Shown here: in pieces, positions 12,437-24,567 of the stretch
Numbering within the stretch: the stretch's first letter is position 1
How the letters are laid out: every line of letters starts with the position of its first letter
Origin: Marsupella aquatica
Taxonomy: Eukaryota; Plantae; Marchantiophyta
Reading direction: 5' to 3'
Assembly: GCA_973895155.1 (NCBI GenBank)
Contig: OZ316891.1
Span: forward strand, 19,617,048 to 19,681,047
Length of the DNA stretch: 64,000 nt
Position numbers and translations under genes: made by a program
The notes under the pieces: generated by a model
The model's input: only the letters and a program-made list of their open reading frames with translations
The model's database searches: none
Told to the model about the DNA's origin: nothing

Positions 12437-15400
12437 ATGTCTACGTTGAGAGTGTTGGCGCGGGGCAAGCGCCCAGCCCCCCCACACAGTTCTCCCCCCT
12501 CCTCCCCCCTGCCTCGTGGTCGCCTTCGTGTTTGCTCTTCTTCATTGGATCTCTCTCATCTTTGTGATGACCCCATGCCCGATGTTCTGCCAGTCCCCCC
12601 AGTCTACTGTCCACCCCATCGACGCCCTGGCTCCTCTCCCCACCCCATTCCCCCTCCACCCCTCTAGCATCCCCCTCCGGCCTCTTCATCCACGTCGGTT
12701 CCCCCCCCACCTCCTGTCCAGTTGTTCCCTGCTCCCTCCCCAGACGAGCGTCCCCTGCATACTTGTCCTGAGTGTGGCTGGGTTGGCCTCTCCCTTCCTC
12801 ATCACCGCGGGCGGGGCCGGTGCCAACGTCGCCAGCAAGCACAATCCCAGCCCCAGCCCCTCTTGACCCAGTTAGCTCTGCCCCTCCTTCCTTGGAGGCT
12901 TCCGAGCAGGCATGGAGTTGGATTCGCTCTCTAGACCCCCTTCCAGCCTACCATCTAGGGTACATTAGACCTCGCCTTTATAACCACATCCCACTAGCGT
13001 TGCGCCCATTAGTTCGGTCATCCTTGTTGCAACTCATGCAGCTTATCTTGGCGCATCCTATCGAGGTCTCCTATTGGTCTTTACTCATGCTTTTTCCACA
13101 GTGGACTCTTACCCTCCCTAGTCACGGTGGTCGCGTGGGTCATCGTGAGACTGCCTCTCGTATCCATCATTTTCTGTGGGGAGATTGGGAACAGCTTCAT
13201 GAAGAGTACTTTCTTCGAGCCCGTTCCTTTACTACCCGTGCTTTGTCTGACCCAGCTCGCCACTCTCATCCTCCAGAGCACAGACGCCTTCGTCGCTCTT
13301 GTCGTTTAGCCCAGACTGGTGAATATCGTCGTGCGGTCCAGGCCCTTTCTCCCACCACACCAGCCCCCCCTGGCGAGGTCACCTTGACAGCCCTTTAGGA
13401 TCTCCATCCGTAGCCCTATGATCAGCTCCCTTTGTTCGTGGAGGATTTTGAGCCTGAGGAGGATCTTCAGTTTAGTAAAGACCACTTCACCTATGCTTTC
13501 CTCCATGCTCCGCGTTGCGCGGCTGGTGGCCCCTCTGGCTATGTCTTTGAGCATTTTCGTGATTTATTCCCCCCTGAGGATCCTCAGTCTGGTTTTCCAG
13601 TTTTCTTCTCATTTTGCCAGTGTATTGCTGCCGGCCGTTTGCCTCCTCCCATCTCTCGGCTTTTGAGTGCTTCTCGTTTATTGGCCATGGCTAAGTCTTC
13701 ACCGGGTGTTCGGCCCATAGCTATTGGAGAGGTTTTTCTTCGTCTGGTGTCTCGCACACTTTCATCGTAGTATCACTCTGCACTATCGGATCATCTCTCT
13801 CCACATCAGTTTGCAGTGGGCGTTCCTGGTGGGTGTGAGACAGTTATTGCGGGTATTCGTACTACCTTGGACCTCCACCCTGATTGGGTTGTCCTCCAGG
13901 TTGATGTCTCCAATGCTTTCAATACGGTTTCTCGGGCAGCAATTTTTCGTGCTTTGAGGGCAGCGGATCCAGACATCCAGTCCCTTATCCCCTTTGTCCG
14001 TTGTTTTTATGGGTTCGAGGCCCCCCTCTTCTATAGTCATCACACCTCTACAGGAGTGTATACCACTCTTTCTTCTGCAGAAGGTACACGTCAGGGTGAC
14101 CCTTTGGGTGGGCCTCTTTTTGCCATTGCCCATTTTACTGCTTTACGAGAAGCCTTCGCGGCCCACCCCCAGTGTATCTTCCCCTCCCTTTCATATGACA
14201 CCCACATCATTGGTCCACCTGTTGCTATTACTTCTGCCCTCGCCACCCTTTCCACCCATTTGTTGGGCCTCGGTTTACGAGTTCAGCCGGTGAAGAGTCG
14301 TGCATGGAGTCCAGCTGGGTTACCCTCTGATCTTGCGCTTCCCCCTGGGTTCTTACGTCCAACCGACGGTCTTCGGGTCCTCGGCTCCCCAGTCGGTACT
14401 GCCTCCTTTTGCTCATCTTTCATTGCTGACGCTCTCCAGGCTGCCTTAGCCCCTACTCCTATGCTCCCTAAGTTAGCAGACTCTCAGGCAGCATTTGGGT
14501 TGTTGTTGAGATGCATCCACCCTCGTGCATCCTATTTAGCTCGGACACATCCCCCTACCGAGGATCTTTATCTACACCTCCGAGCGTTTGATGTCTCCAT
14601 TCGTGAGACTTTGGCCTCTCTTTTAGGGCCAGGTACTTTATTCTCATCTCCGTGGCTTCATCGACAGCTCAGTCTTCCTATTTCTCATGGTGGTTTTGGG
14701 CTTACTTCCACTGAGCGCCTTGCACCTTTGGCCTTCTTGGGCGCGTGGGCGGCCGCCTTCTCATTGTTGGCAGATCATTTCCTTACTGAGGATCGACCTT
14801 TTTTACTTTCATCTCTCATGGAGGTCGAGGAGGGTTCGCTCCCATTTCAGGTTCATTTGCGCACGACGCGGTCATCATTACCCGATCCTGTTCGAGCTGC
14901 GTTACCTTCATTCCAGGAGTTTTTATCCTTGGACCCCGTCCGTCTTCAGGCAGACCTTGCTGGGCGTATGCACGCTTTCACCCTTTCCAGCATCCTCACC
15001 GAGGCACCTGACACGGACCGAGCTCGGATTCTTTCTTTCGGAGGGAAGGGCGCAGGAGGCTGGCTTCAGGCCAATCCAGTCATTCCTCACCTGCGGATGT
15101 CTTCAGCGGAGTTTGCGACAGCCATGCATCTTCGTATGGGCTTGCCCCACCCACTTCTTGCTGGTTTACCTCCTACTTGCACTTGTGGGAAGCCTTGTGA
15201 TGCCACAGGTGTCCATCTTCTTCGATGCAGTTTGGGCGGCGAAACCATTTTTGTTCACGACGCTGTGAGAGATGCGACTGCTTAGGTTCTCTCTGGCTCT
15301 TTGGTCTGCGCGCGGCGGGAGGTGGTGCTCGAGTTACCTGGTCCTCCATCACAGCGGTTACGGGTGGATCTTACCATGGTCCGTGACGGTCACCGTACTT

Positions 15401-15831
15401 TGGCAGATGTAGTGGTGGCAAACCCATTGCGCCAAGACATCATTGGGATAGCGGCAACAACGGCAGGGGCAGCAGCATCACGAGCAGCAACAACGAAGGA
15501 GGCCAAATATGCTGCACGAGCTTCATCTGATAGCTTCCTGCCCCTTGCTCTTGAGGTATTTGGGCGTCTCCATCATCAGTTCGACGGGCTTCTTCGCCAA
15601 GCTGCTCGGGATGTTCACGGCCGGATGGGTCCCACCGGGCCCCCACTATCTGTTTTGACCACGCACTTTCGCCAACGCATTTCAGTCACCTTACAGCGTG
15701 CTCAAGCTCGGGCCGTCTATCATCGATCTCTGACAGTGGGTGCTAGTGTGACTCCGCAGCGGCTAGCCCCCCTAGAGGACATTCCTGTCCCACTTGCCAA
15801 TCTAGTTTCGACACTTGATGTAGACCACTAG
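12437..15831 (+). pseudogene. Disrupted single ORF of an RLE-type non-LTR retrotransposon: Pro-rich N-terminus, Zn finger, reverse transcriptase, CCHC knuckle, PD-(D/E)xK restriction-like endonuclease (CRE/R2-like)
   Basis: ORF pieces 12772-13398, 13432-13770, 13816-15285 and 15301-15831 share one frame, separated only by TAG stops (13396, 13411, 13768, 15283). RT motifs: AGGPSG, KSSPGVRPIAIGE, QFAVG, LQVDVSNAFNTVSR, EGTRQGDPLG, PSLSYDT (expected xADD), LRVLGSPVG, LSLPISHGGFGL. Then CTCG...HLLRC...HDAVRD, RVDL...DVVV, KEAKY, FLPLALEVFG. An upstream frame from ATG 12437 carries CPECGWVGLSLPHHRGRGRC and joins through a frameshift near 12850. Confidence 0.9.
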
Positions 15832-15883
15832 CTTGTTGCCACATTTGCTAGGTATGATGAGGACCTCGGTCCATTTGCGGTAG

Positions 15884-15981
15884 TTTTAGTTCCTCTTTCT
15901 TGGTTTTTAGGGGTTTCCTTTTGCTCACTTCTTTTAGTTCCTCTTTCTTGGTTTTTAGGGTTTCCTTTTGCTCACTTCTTT
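15884..15981 (+). repeat. About 48-bp tandem duplication in the retroelement 3' UTR
   Basis: TTTTAGTTCCTCTTTCTTGGTTTTTAGGG(G)TTTCCTTTTGCTCACTTC occurs twice, head to tail. Confidence 0.9.
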
Positions 15982-18723
15982 TGCGTTCGGTTTTGTCCAC
16001 TTGGGACCTCTCTTGTTTATTCTTTTGTACTCTATTTGGCCTTTTTCTGTAAAAAGTATGTGTATATTCACTCTTTCAGCCCCTTTCAAGTTCTTTAGGA
16101 CCTTTTGCTGGGATTTTCTTCCTCCGCTGCCCTCCTGAATGAGTCTGGGTGTTGGTTTGCTTTTCTGTGGCTTGGTTTATCTGTGGCTTTGGCCCTCTCC
16201 TTCTTTATTGGTGTCAACCTCACCTAATGAGTAAAGCATTTTATTCAAGACAGAAAAAGACAGCAATTGACTGCTTGCTAACTCAGTTCAATTGAATGTA
16301 CCATGTAGCTACTGAAATATCTCAGCAAAACTTCCTGGCCATGAGAAATACATGCAAATTACAAGTGGAACGAGGTGAGATTTAGGGTGCTGTGGGAGGT
16401 TTAATTGGAAGCACAACTTATGTTAACAAGCTCTGATATATAGATGATAGCATTGCCAGTTACTTGACAGAGGCTCAGATTTAACCTTCTATCAAAGCTT
16501 GAGCAACCATTGAGAAACCAATACAGGTAACCCATGCTTGACTTCCCCAATTTACTGTTGACATGTGTCAACTTGACGGACATTTGTAAACTAATGAAGA
16601 CATCTGAGAATTTGTGGATACAGTGGGATTTACAGTCATACATGGTCTTCCTTAACCATGGTCAAAATGATTGTTGTCTTGACAAATATCTCATTTGTAA
16701 GGGACATTTGGAGAAAGACTTAGCCAGTAGCATCTTAGAAAACAACCAAGGTTTCTCCCGGGTCCACTGAGTACAATTAAAAGCTCAGATGGATTCCGTT
16801 TGAAACCCTATTGTGAGCATGCTATTTCTAAGTTTCAATGTGATCCACATATACTTGTTATGAACCAGAATGGTAATGACATAACATTTAGTGTAAACAA
16901 TCTTTCTCTCACACAAACTGTTTTGTAGTAATTTATATATCTGAGTCCATCCGTTTGCATAGAAATTGCTTTTGATTCCCCAAAGATGGTGAGCATCAGT
17001 TATCATTGTACCAGTAACAGTTGCTCCATCAGTCGTCTGTGTGTTAAATTTTCCTATTTAGTGCAGCTGCCAAGATGACACAGTTGGGGTTCGGAGCCAA
17101 GTGACCAAAAAGTTGGCCGAGAGGATTTATCCCTACAAATTTTCACCCGGCATGGCCACTTAGTGATAAACTGACTCAGCAAAGTCAGCCAGAATTTCCA
17201 GCTTCCTGAGATCATCAGATGAAAATATGACAACACCATTTGCCGAGTGAAAGTTTTCTAACTCAACGAGGCTGCTGAGAGAATATAGTCCATGATGATG
17301 TTCGGGGTCAAAGAGACCACTAAACTTCAATGATATGGATTACTGATAAGTGATGAGACTATTTTATATCCCTGCTTAAGTGTGTGTTACTGTACTTAGT
17401 ATCCATAACGAACGTCTACAGTAACCTCACGGCAAAACGAAATGCCTCCTGGGCAGGCGCAATTGTTTTCTTTTACTATGGCTCCAGACTCCAGCCGGTG
17501 CCTGACAAATTTACGGTGTCAGGTACAAATCTAGTACGAAATATACGGTGAAAGAGACGTGTACGGCTCGTACGTCCGTACTCATGCGAACTGGAATACA
17601 TCCAAAGGCCGTCATCGATCACCAGTCTCATCGACGGTCTTCATCGAAATGAGTGGATTGCAAGTGAAGTCAGATGTGTACCGAGGACGGTACGGAAAGG
17701 GTCAGAGGGTCGTCTCTTTCCCATTTCTTTCCGCATCCTGCAAGTTGGCGAAGAAGATTTTGCAAGTTGCATTTCACGTCGCGTTGCAGAAAGGTGGGCT
17801 GTGGCGGGCCAGGGGCGGGCCAGGGGCGGGCCAGGCCGGACGCGACTGGCGGGGTTGGCCATTGGCCATGGAGAGCCGTCAGGTCCAAAGTGGGACGGGA
17901 GCGCCATCGAAAGGGTGATTGCGATGAGGTTCCATGGCCATGATGACAAGGTCCGGCCTAAACCAAGGTGCAACCGACAGACAAAGAGCCTCCTCATCAA
18001 TGAACCAGGGTAAGTTTTAAGGTTTTCTTTTTTCTGCCAATCCTGGCTACGGTCACACATTGAAGCAAGTTTTTCAAAATTCTCTATTAGATTTCTGCAA
18101 CCAGGATGGAGCCTCTTTTCTACTAATGGTGTCCATATTTCACCCCATGTTGTACATATATCAAACATGAGTGAAATGTGGTAGAAAACGGGACAATCAT
18201 CTTTGTAGATTTTTTTGTCTCTCAATTCTCAATTAAACTTGACTATGGTAACTTTATAGGAAAGATATTTTCAAGCTTTTTCTAACTGATCCCCCAAAAT
18301 CCAATTTGTTTGGATATTCAGGAAGACACTGAATGTCAAAGTTAGCTGCTCAGAAACTTTCAGATTGTGGAAAGTGAAGTTTCATAACTCTCTATTCTTA
18401 TTGGACTGTCTGGAAGAACTTTTTCAATCCATTCTAACTAGTCCAAGAAGAGCCTATTCAGTTGGATATCAAAGAAGATATTGAAAATGAAACTTAGCAA
18501 ATGAAATTCTTTTGGAAACAAGAAGACTGTCAATGAATGATGGTAAATATTTTCTGTTCATGGGGGATGCATGGTTCAGAGATTAGGTCCATTGGAGCAT
18601 CAATTGCTAAAGTGTCACCTTGTGTATTCTTTATTCAATTTTCATAAATTAATATCTAACATTTCCTTAGACTTGACTATAATCATAAATACTAGCAAAT
18701 GGGGTATGCTGCTAGGTGGGATG

Positions 18724-18852
18724 ACCATCAGATTCTGGCTGGCTAATCAGGTGGCGTAGCCAAGACAAGAAGCCAGGCCCATTTTTGATAACCATCAGAT
18801 TCTGGCTGGCTACGCAGGTGGCTTAGCCAAAACAAGAAGCCTAGCCCATTTT
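18724..18852. repeat. About 67-bp imperfect tandem duplication
   Basis: ACCATCAGATTCTGGCTGGCTA...CAGGTGGC.TAGCCAA.ACAAGAAGCC...CCCATTTT occurs twice. Confidence 0.8.
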
Positions 18853-21800
18853 CGGAGAGAGATACTAGATGGACCCCGAAATGGAGAAGTGTTATTTAAT
18901 GGACCCTATGAGGCCCCATGAGATTTTAGGACCATCGATTTAAGGTCCATCAAGGGTATGGATCACTCTGGGGTCCATCAAGTAAAGATTTTCATTTTGA
19001 GGGTCCATCAAGAAAATCTCTCCCCATTTTTGCCAAAAGTGGGGAAAGCTTTTCAATGAGTGTAATTTGGTGAATTTTCGTCGCTTAAAAAACGGTCGAA
19101 CTCTCATGAATGTCTCAAGTCCAACAAAGTACACGGAGAACTGAGTCATCAGTCAGAGGATTGGCTCTTGGAGGGTAATTAAGGTGGAGAACTTATGAAT
19201 TGTGATCCCGAGTGCGGGGCCCAGACTGAGGAGCTGAGGGCCAATCCTCCACAAGATCTAGAATCTATTTTATTACACTGAGAGCGTGGGGGATACGGTA
19301 AGAGCTGATTTTATTCTCCCTTGCAATGTTGATAAAGTACAGTACATCATTCCCTGCTTGGGTGGGGTAGTCACCGGGATGACTGGGGGTGTCCCTTCTT
19401 ATAGTTGTGGCTTTGTAGGTTTCAGGTGTCGGGTGTCCCTTCGGTGTACCTAGGGCGTACTGTGTCTCCTTGGGAAAATTCTTTTCAAATTTCGTTGCAG
19501 CAAGGAAACCTTTTGCTTTTCTTAGAAGGTGAGTGAGTTGACCCGATTTTGGAAATTGGAAGACGTGCTCCTTTCGAGGCTTGCCTCCTCAGAGGCTATC
19601 CATATCCACCAGATGTGGACCATAGGCCATTCGACTATTGCGCTGGTGTATTGTTCTATATATTTTTCCTTGCTCTAGGCTTTTGGAGCTTGCATTTTGC
19701 CCTCTTCTTTTTTGGGGTTTACTGTTTTGTACTCTCTGGACCTTTTTCCGTTGAACTCCAAGTACATTGTTTGGCCCTTTTCAGCAAATTGGTCAGCTTT
19801 TTAAAGAATAAAACTTGAGTCCAATCATTATGCTTTATTAAATTCTGGCCCAAAAATGATTCATCGTTCTGGTATTGGAATTTACATTCGGAAAGAAATG
19901 CAAAATTCCCTGAATTCGGCGGTTATCAAGAAATTCAACTTGTTTGGTGGTCTTACTTTCAAAAATTATCTTGTTAAGAGAAGATTATTGCGCTAGTCAA
20001 GTATTGAGCAAACTTACAATTTACGTATAAGAAAAAACTTACACTTATTATAGGATTGTTGTTATCAAGTTTGTACTTAGAGAGTTCTAATTGTAATATA
20101 CATCAGCCAGATTCTGTTCAAGCATTTTTTATCCTTGACGAGGATTCTCAATCACTGGAGATGCTTGCAGAGTTTTACTCAGCCGGATTTCATAGTAACT
20201 GATATATGGACTCCACTAGTGAGAGTGCTGACCTCTGTGTCTCGTGACTCCTCGGCAGACACTCCTGTAGCAAACTGATCCTTTTATTTTGTAGCCCATT
20301 TGTAGTTAGGTGGGTGTCCCAAAGGTTGCAGAGTGTATGTGTATACTCGAGAATAGACTCTCACTCTATAGTATACAATCAAAAGTGTCTGTTCTCCAAA
20401 CAAATGTAAATCATCCTTTCCAAGTGGTCACAATAATTTCTGTTAGTGGCAGACTTTTCCCAAATTCTTACCGCCAAATACTGCATCCTACTATACCAAA
20501 GAAAAGAAATGAAAAATTTCTAAAAATTGCCAAAAGTGGACTTCTATCTGGTGGCAACTTGCCACCAATCCTGTGGGTCGGTACATGAAGTAGTCACTCC
20601 CTCCCACCAGCCCCTGCACTAAAGACTTCACTTTCCACACCCTGACATTTCAGGGCTTGCCACCTCCTCATATAACACTGCATACAAGTTCCGACCTGCG
20701 ACTTCACGGCTTGGGAAAATGGGGAAGCCTCCCCACCGCCTGTATTTGAATTCCTTCTGGCATCATGTGTAGTTGGACAGATGGAGGGGTTCAAATCCTC
20801 TTCAGACAATTGACTTCACAATTTTGGGCATGTTTTCGTATCAACTCCATAGTCTCATTGCCATGCCCCAACTTGCCAAATCTTGCCTAGAGAGACATGA
20901 TTTTGTGGTAACTCACTTGAGTAGTGCCTGATAAGTCTTAAATTTTAAAAAAAAAACTAGCCTAATCTTGTTCTATCCCTCATGTTGAATTGCCACCAGG
21001 TCCTCATTGATGGAAACTCTTGCTCTCCAACAAGTGACCTTGGATAGGGGAGAGGTCGTCAGTCCACCCGACCAGTCCGTCCTCCTTACATAAGCAATTG
21101 GGCTGTTGCCACAATGGCTACCTGGCACATTCTTAATTAAAGGAATAATTAATTAAAGCATCCATGATCTGACGCAGGTTCTTGCCAAGGGGCTCTTCCT
21201 GTAAATCATCAGTGTGCACGTTTCAGGAACAACACGTAGTCAGGGTGTGATTATAGTGCACCAAATAAATTCTTTAAAGTGGTACACATGTGTCACAATG
21301 CTCACGCAGTACTGTTCTGAAGAAATCCAATCTGTTATTCTGGATAGTTCCTGGCTTCTATGTTGTATATGACGTCTTCTTCTGCAGCTCCCAGCGAACA
21401 TCCACGACATCAAGACACGTTTCGAACGGGAAACATAGGGTATCTTTAAAACCCAAATACGCGGTAATTAGCACTTTGGAACTTGTTGCTCAAGTTTGTG
21501 ATTGGACAGAAGCTGTTGCCTGATCATTGGCCATGATATGAATCTCAAGCTTTTCTCTGAAACTTCTTAGATGTTAATCTGCCTCTTTTCTTGCTTTGAC
21601 AACTTCTAATGTGTGCAGCTGTCTCTTAGTGGAGTACTGGAGTCTCTTAGATGAGGTGTCCATTCAATTACTCCCTTGTTTCCAGAAGTTTAGCTGTCGC
21701 TTGGTCGAGCAATGTCTTGTGGCTGAGGTGTCGATTCAATAACTTTCCTTTTTCTCCATATTTTTAACTGGTCTATTTCAGTAGTGAATGTCCACGACCG

Positions 21801-23639
21801 GTTCAAAATTTCTCACCGAATATCTGAGGTGTATCTTATTGGATTGTTTACTTGAACCACCACTGTCCTTTTTCAAACCGGTGGATACAGGTCACGATAA
21901 CTACTACATAATGCTCTCAATAAAGCAAAAAGTGAGTGAAAAGTGACTTTTGTCCTCCCATAATTAGTGTAGCTACTTCCAGAGATGCAGCCAATTTCTT
22001 TTCGAGCATACAATATATCTGAGCCCTGATGGGATCTCCATCCCAAATATTTTTCTCAGACAAAATTCATAAATTGCATGGGATCCTTCTAAACATGAAT
22101 TTCGATTAGCATGACAAATTAGGGTATAAATACCGCCGAATAATAATAGTCGAAGTGCGTGACTGTGTGATCCCATGTGAGTTTAAAATTCTGGGTGGAC
22201 ATCCTATCTGAGCTTATGGTTCCATCTGTAAAGGCTGCGCATTTCCGCCACTGGTCCCATCCTTGACAAGAAACGGTCCTTTCTCATTTCTATATTCTGG
22301 AAAACAGGAAAGGGAATCCTCGCCAAAGGATAAGCAACAGGGTTGTGCAAGTTGATACAAAGGAAAGTTATAAAATGTTGGAGAACTCACTAGAATTAGA
22401 CTCTAGGTTGGAGTTCATCTCTAGCTTGCAACATACATCTGACAAAGGAGAAACTGGCGCACAAGTTGAGGAAGGGTTTTGCCGGGTTTTGCCGAGTTTT
22501 GCCACTTACCCTATACCTATAAGAACCACTGGTGAACACTGTCTGCATCATCTGTGTAAGTGCATTCGAGTTTTGGAGATAGTGTGCACGAGAATTGAGA
22601 ATTGAGAATTGAGAATTGACTTGATTTTTTAATAATTTTAAATAATGGGGAAAGCCCGAGAGAATTGACTTGTTGTTTCCAAAAAGTGGCTTTAATGAAC
22701 AACCCAGCATGATGCAAATACCCTCAGGAAAAGACAGCAGAAAGAAATATTCTCCTGAGCTGGGGAGTTTGGAGCATCTTCCGCATGTAAAGTAGGGTGA
22801 ATATAAAATTGGATTCACTCCTTCCCTTAGCCTTGGCCCACATCTGATGAAGGCCGTGGGACAAAATGAAGATACTGTACATAGAAATTACCTCTTGCCC
22901 AATACATAAAATAAAATCAGATCTGTGCGCATGCGCTTGTATTTCATATGTCAATAGTTTCAAAAGGTTATGGATATGAAAAAAGAAATCAGATCTACTC
23001 CAGAAACTTATAGGATTTTGGAAGTGCATATCATCAAAAACTCTTTCTCAATCTTTGTGTTCACTGTGTTGCATCACGTGTCGATTCAGAAATAGATGCA
23101 ATTGCATGAAAGGAAACAGTCCTTAAACATTCATTTGACATTGGTAAATTACACTTGGTGCAAACTCACGAAGATATATGTTTGCAAGTTTGAGTGGTAG
23201 TGCTAAAAGAGCAAGTGATCCATGCCACATTATGGACAGCTCTACTGTGTGTCATACGTAAAACACAAAGTGAAGTTTCACCTTTCATAACGGCTGTGGT
23301 TTATTGTCCAGAATCTTGTCTGCATCAAAGGAGTGAATTCTGACATTTTGTATTGCCTGGTTCAAACTGCCAAAAAAACAAATGGGACCAAGTTGATTGA
23401 CATATACCTCAGCCAACAGACTCAAACAAGGGGGGACAACCAAAGGGCCAAAACCCATAAGGATCTTGGCAAAAGTCCAACACAAGAATGACACCTAAAT
23501 CCCAACTATAAACCCTACCTATCAGCAAATTGAAGAGCCTGTAAAGCTTTGGTCTGAACTGCATACTAGGGTCGAGCAACAAAATCTTACTACAGGCCCT
23601 AAAACCAACCACCTCACTCTTGCAAAGAATAGTGACATG

Positions 23640-23696
23640 GCACCTCTTGACAGTGGAAAGCACCTCTTGACAGTGTAAAGCACCTCTTGACAGTGG
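23640..23696. repeat. 20-bp minisatellite, three copies
   Basis: GCACCTCTTGACAGTG(G/T)AAA repeated three times. Confidence 0.85.
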
Positions 23697-23925
23697 GGCA
23701 GGCAATCATATGCCAAGTGTTGTTCTCTCTCTCCATTGAGTTTACCCGAGTAAATTGAATGTGTCAAACTCTATCCAGGATGAACTTTTGAATAAAAAAA
23801 CACGGTATAGCATAAGATCTGGCGCTTTCCTCCTCATAAGTGTACAGTTGTAGTGGGCGAACTTTTTCAGAAAATTTCAAGCAGGAACTTTTTGCAAAGG
23901 GCTCGAGAAACCCATTGGGCTCCGA

Positions 23926-24064
23926 TGACGTCAGAATAGAAACTTGTCGAAGAACTGCAGTTGAAGGGTCCTAGAAGGTCGAGAGCCCCCCCTTCCAAAT
24001 GTCGCCTACGGGGAAAGTGCGTATCCCCACAGAGAATCGAGAATGGCGTTCGAAGGGTATAAAT
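23926..24064 (+). promoter_or_regulatory. Putative DREB2 core promoter: TGACGTCA bZIP (C-box/CRE) palindrome and TATA box
   Basis: TGACGTCA at 23926-23933 and TATAAAT at 24058-24064, followed by a CT-rich leader at 24115-24230 typical of plant 5' UTRs. Confidence 0.5.
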
Positions 24065-24567
24065 CCCAATGTGTGTCCGGTTTTCGTCTCGTGAATGAGT
24101 GAGCAGCAGCATCGACCTCCTGCCTCCTCTCTTCCCACTCTCTCCCCAACTGCAATCGTGTCAAGTTGGTCGACACCTAGACTCTTCTCTCTTCACTTTC
24201 ACACTTCCCAACTCCTGACCTCCTGACCACCTGGAGCTCAGACAGCTGCTAGCTAGTCTATTTCGCCCACGCACTCAATGCTCGAAAGAAGTATAGGCCC
24301 CGTGCCCCACTTCTTCTCTCAGAATTCAATCTCTCTTAGCATTGTCCTTTGAAAGGAACGTTTTATTAGAATTCAAGCCTCTTGGCAAATCCCTTTAGGA
24401 AGTGAAGTTCGTCGCACATTGGAATTCAGTGCATCAGTAGAACGCAGAAGCAGAATTCGTTTATCTGTTCGTGAGCAGGTGTTGTTGAGGCAGTGTTTTG
24501 CTTCGAGCTAGAGAAGTGTCAATTTGTAGAAGAAGTCGAGGAGTAGTGCGCAGGTCTGGAAGGCAGT

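Larger units (their letters stand above)
11340..16260 (+). mobile_element. Approximate full extent of the RLE non-LTR retrotransposon (about 1.1 kb 5' UTR, ORF, T-rich 3' UTR, degenerate A-rich end)
   Basis: Composition shifts to T/C-rich plus strand near 11335. The T-rich 3' UTR (15832-16230) ends at AGTAAAGCATTTTATTCAAGACAGAAAAAGA. Boundaries are approximate and no TSD was found. Confidence 0.6.

Noticed and set aside
11331-16259. 10-bp inverted match (CTTTTTCTGT / ACAGAAAAAG) at the two ends of the retroelement as TIRs
   Set aside because: The match is short and low in complexity, and non-LTR elements lack TIRs. Probably chance.
22590-22618. (GAGAATT)4 as a functional element
   Set aside because: It is a short simple repeat with no supporting context.
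23855-24056. Heat-shock elements in the DREB2 promoter
   Set aside because: There are many GAA/TTC triplets, but I found no clean nGAAnnTTCnnGAAn register.
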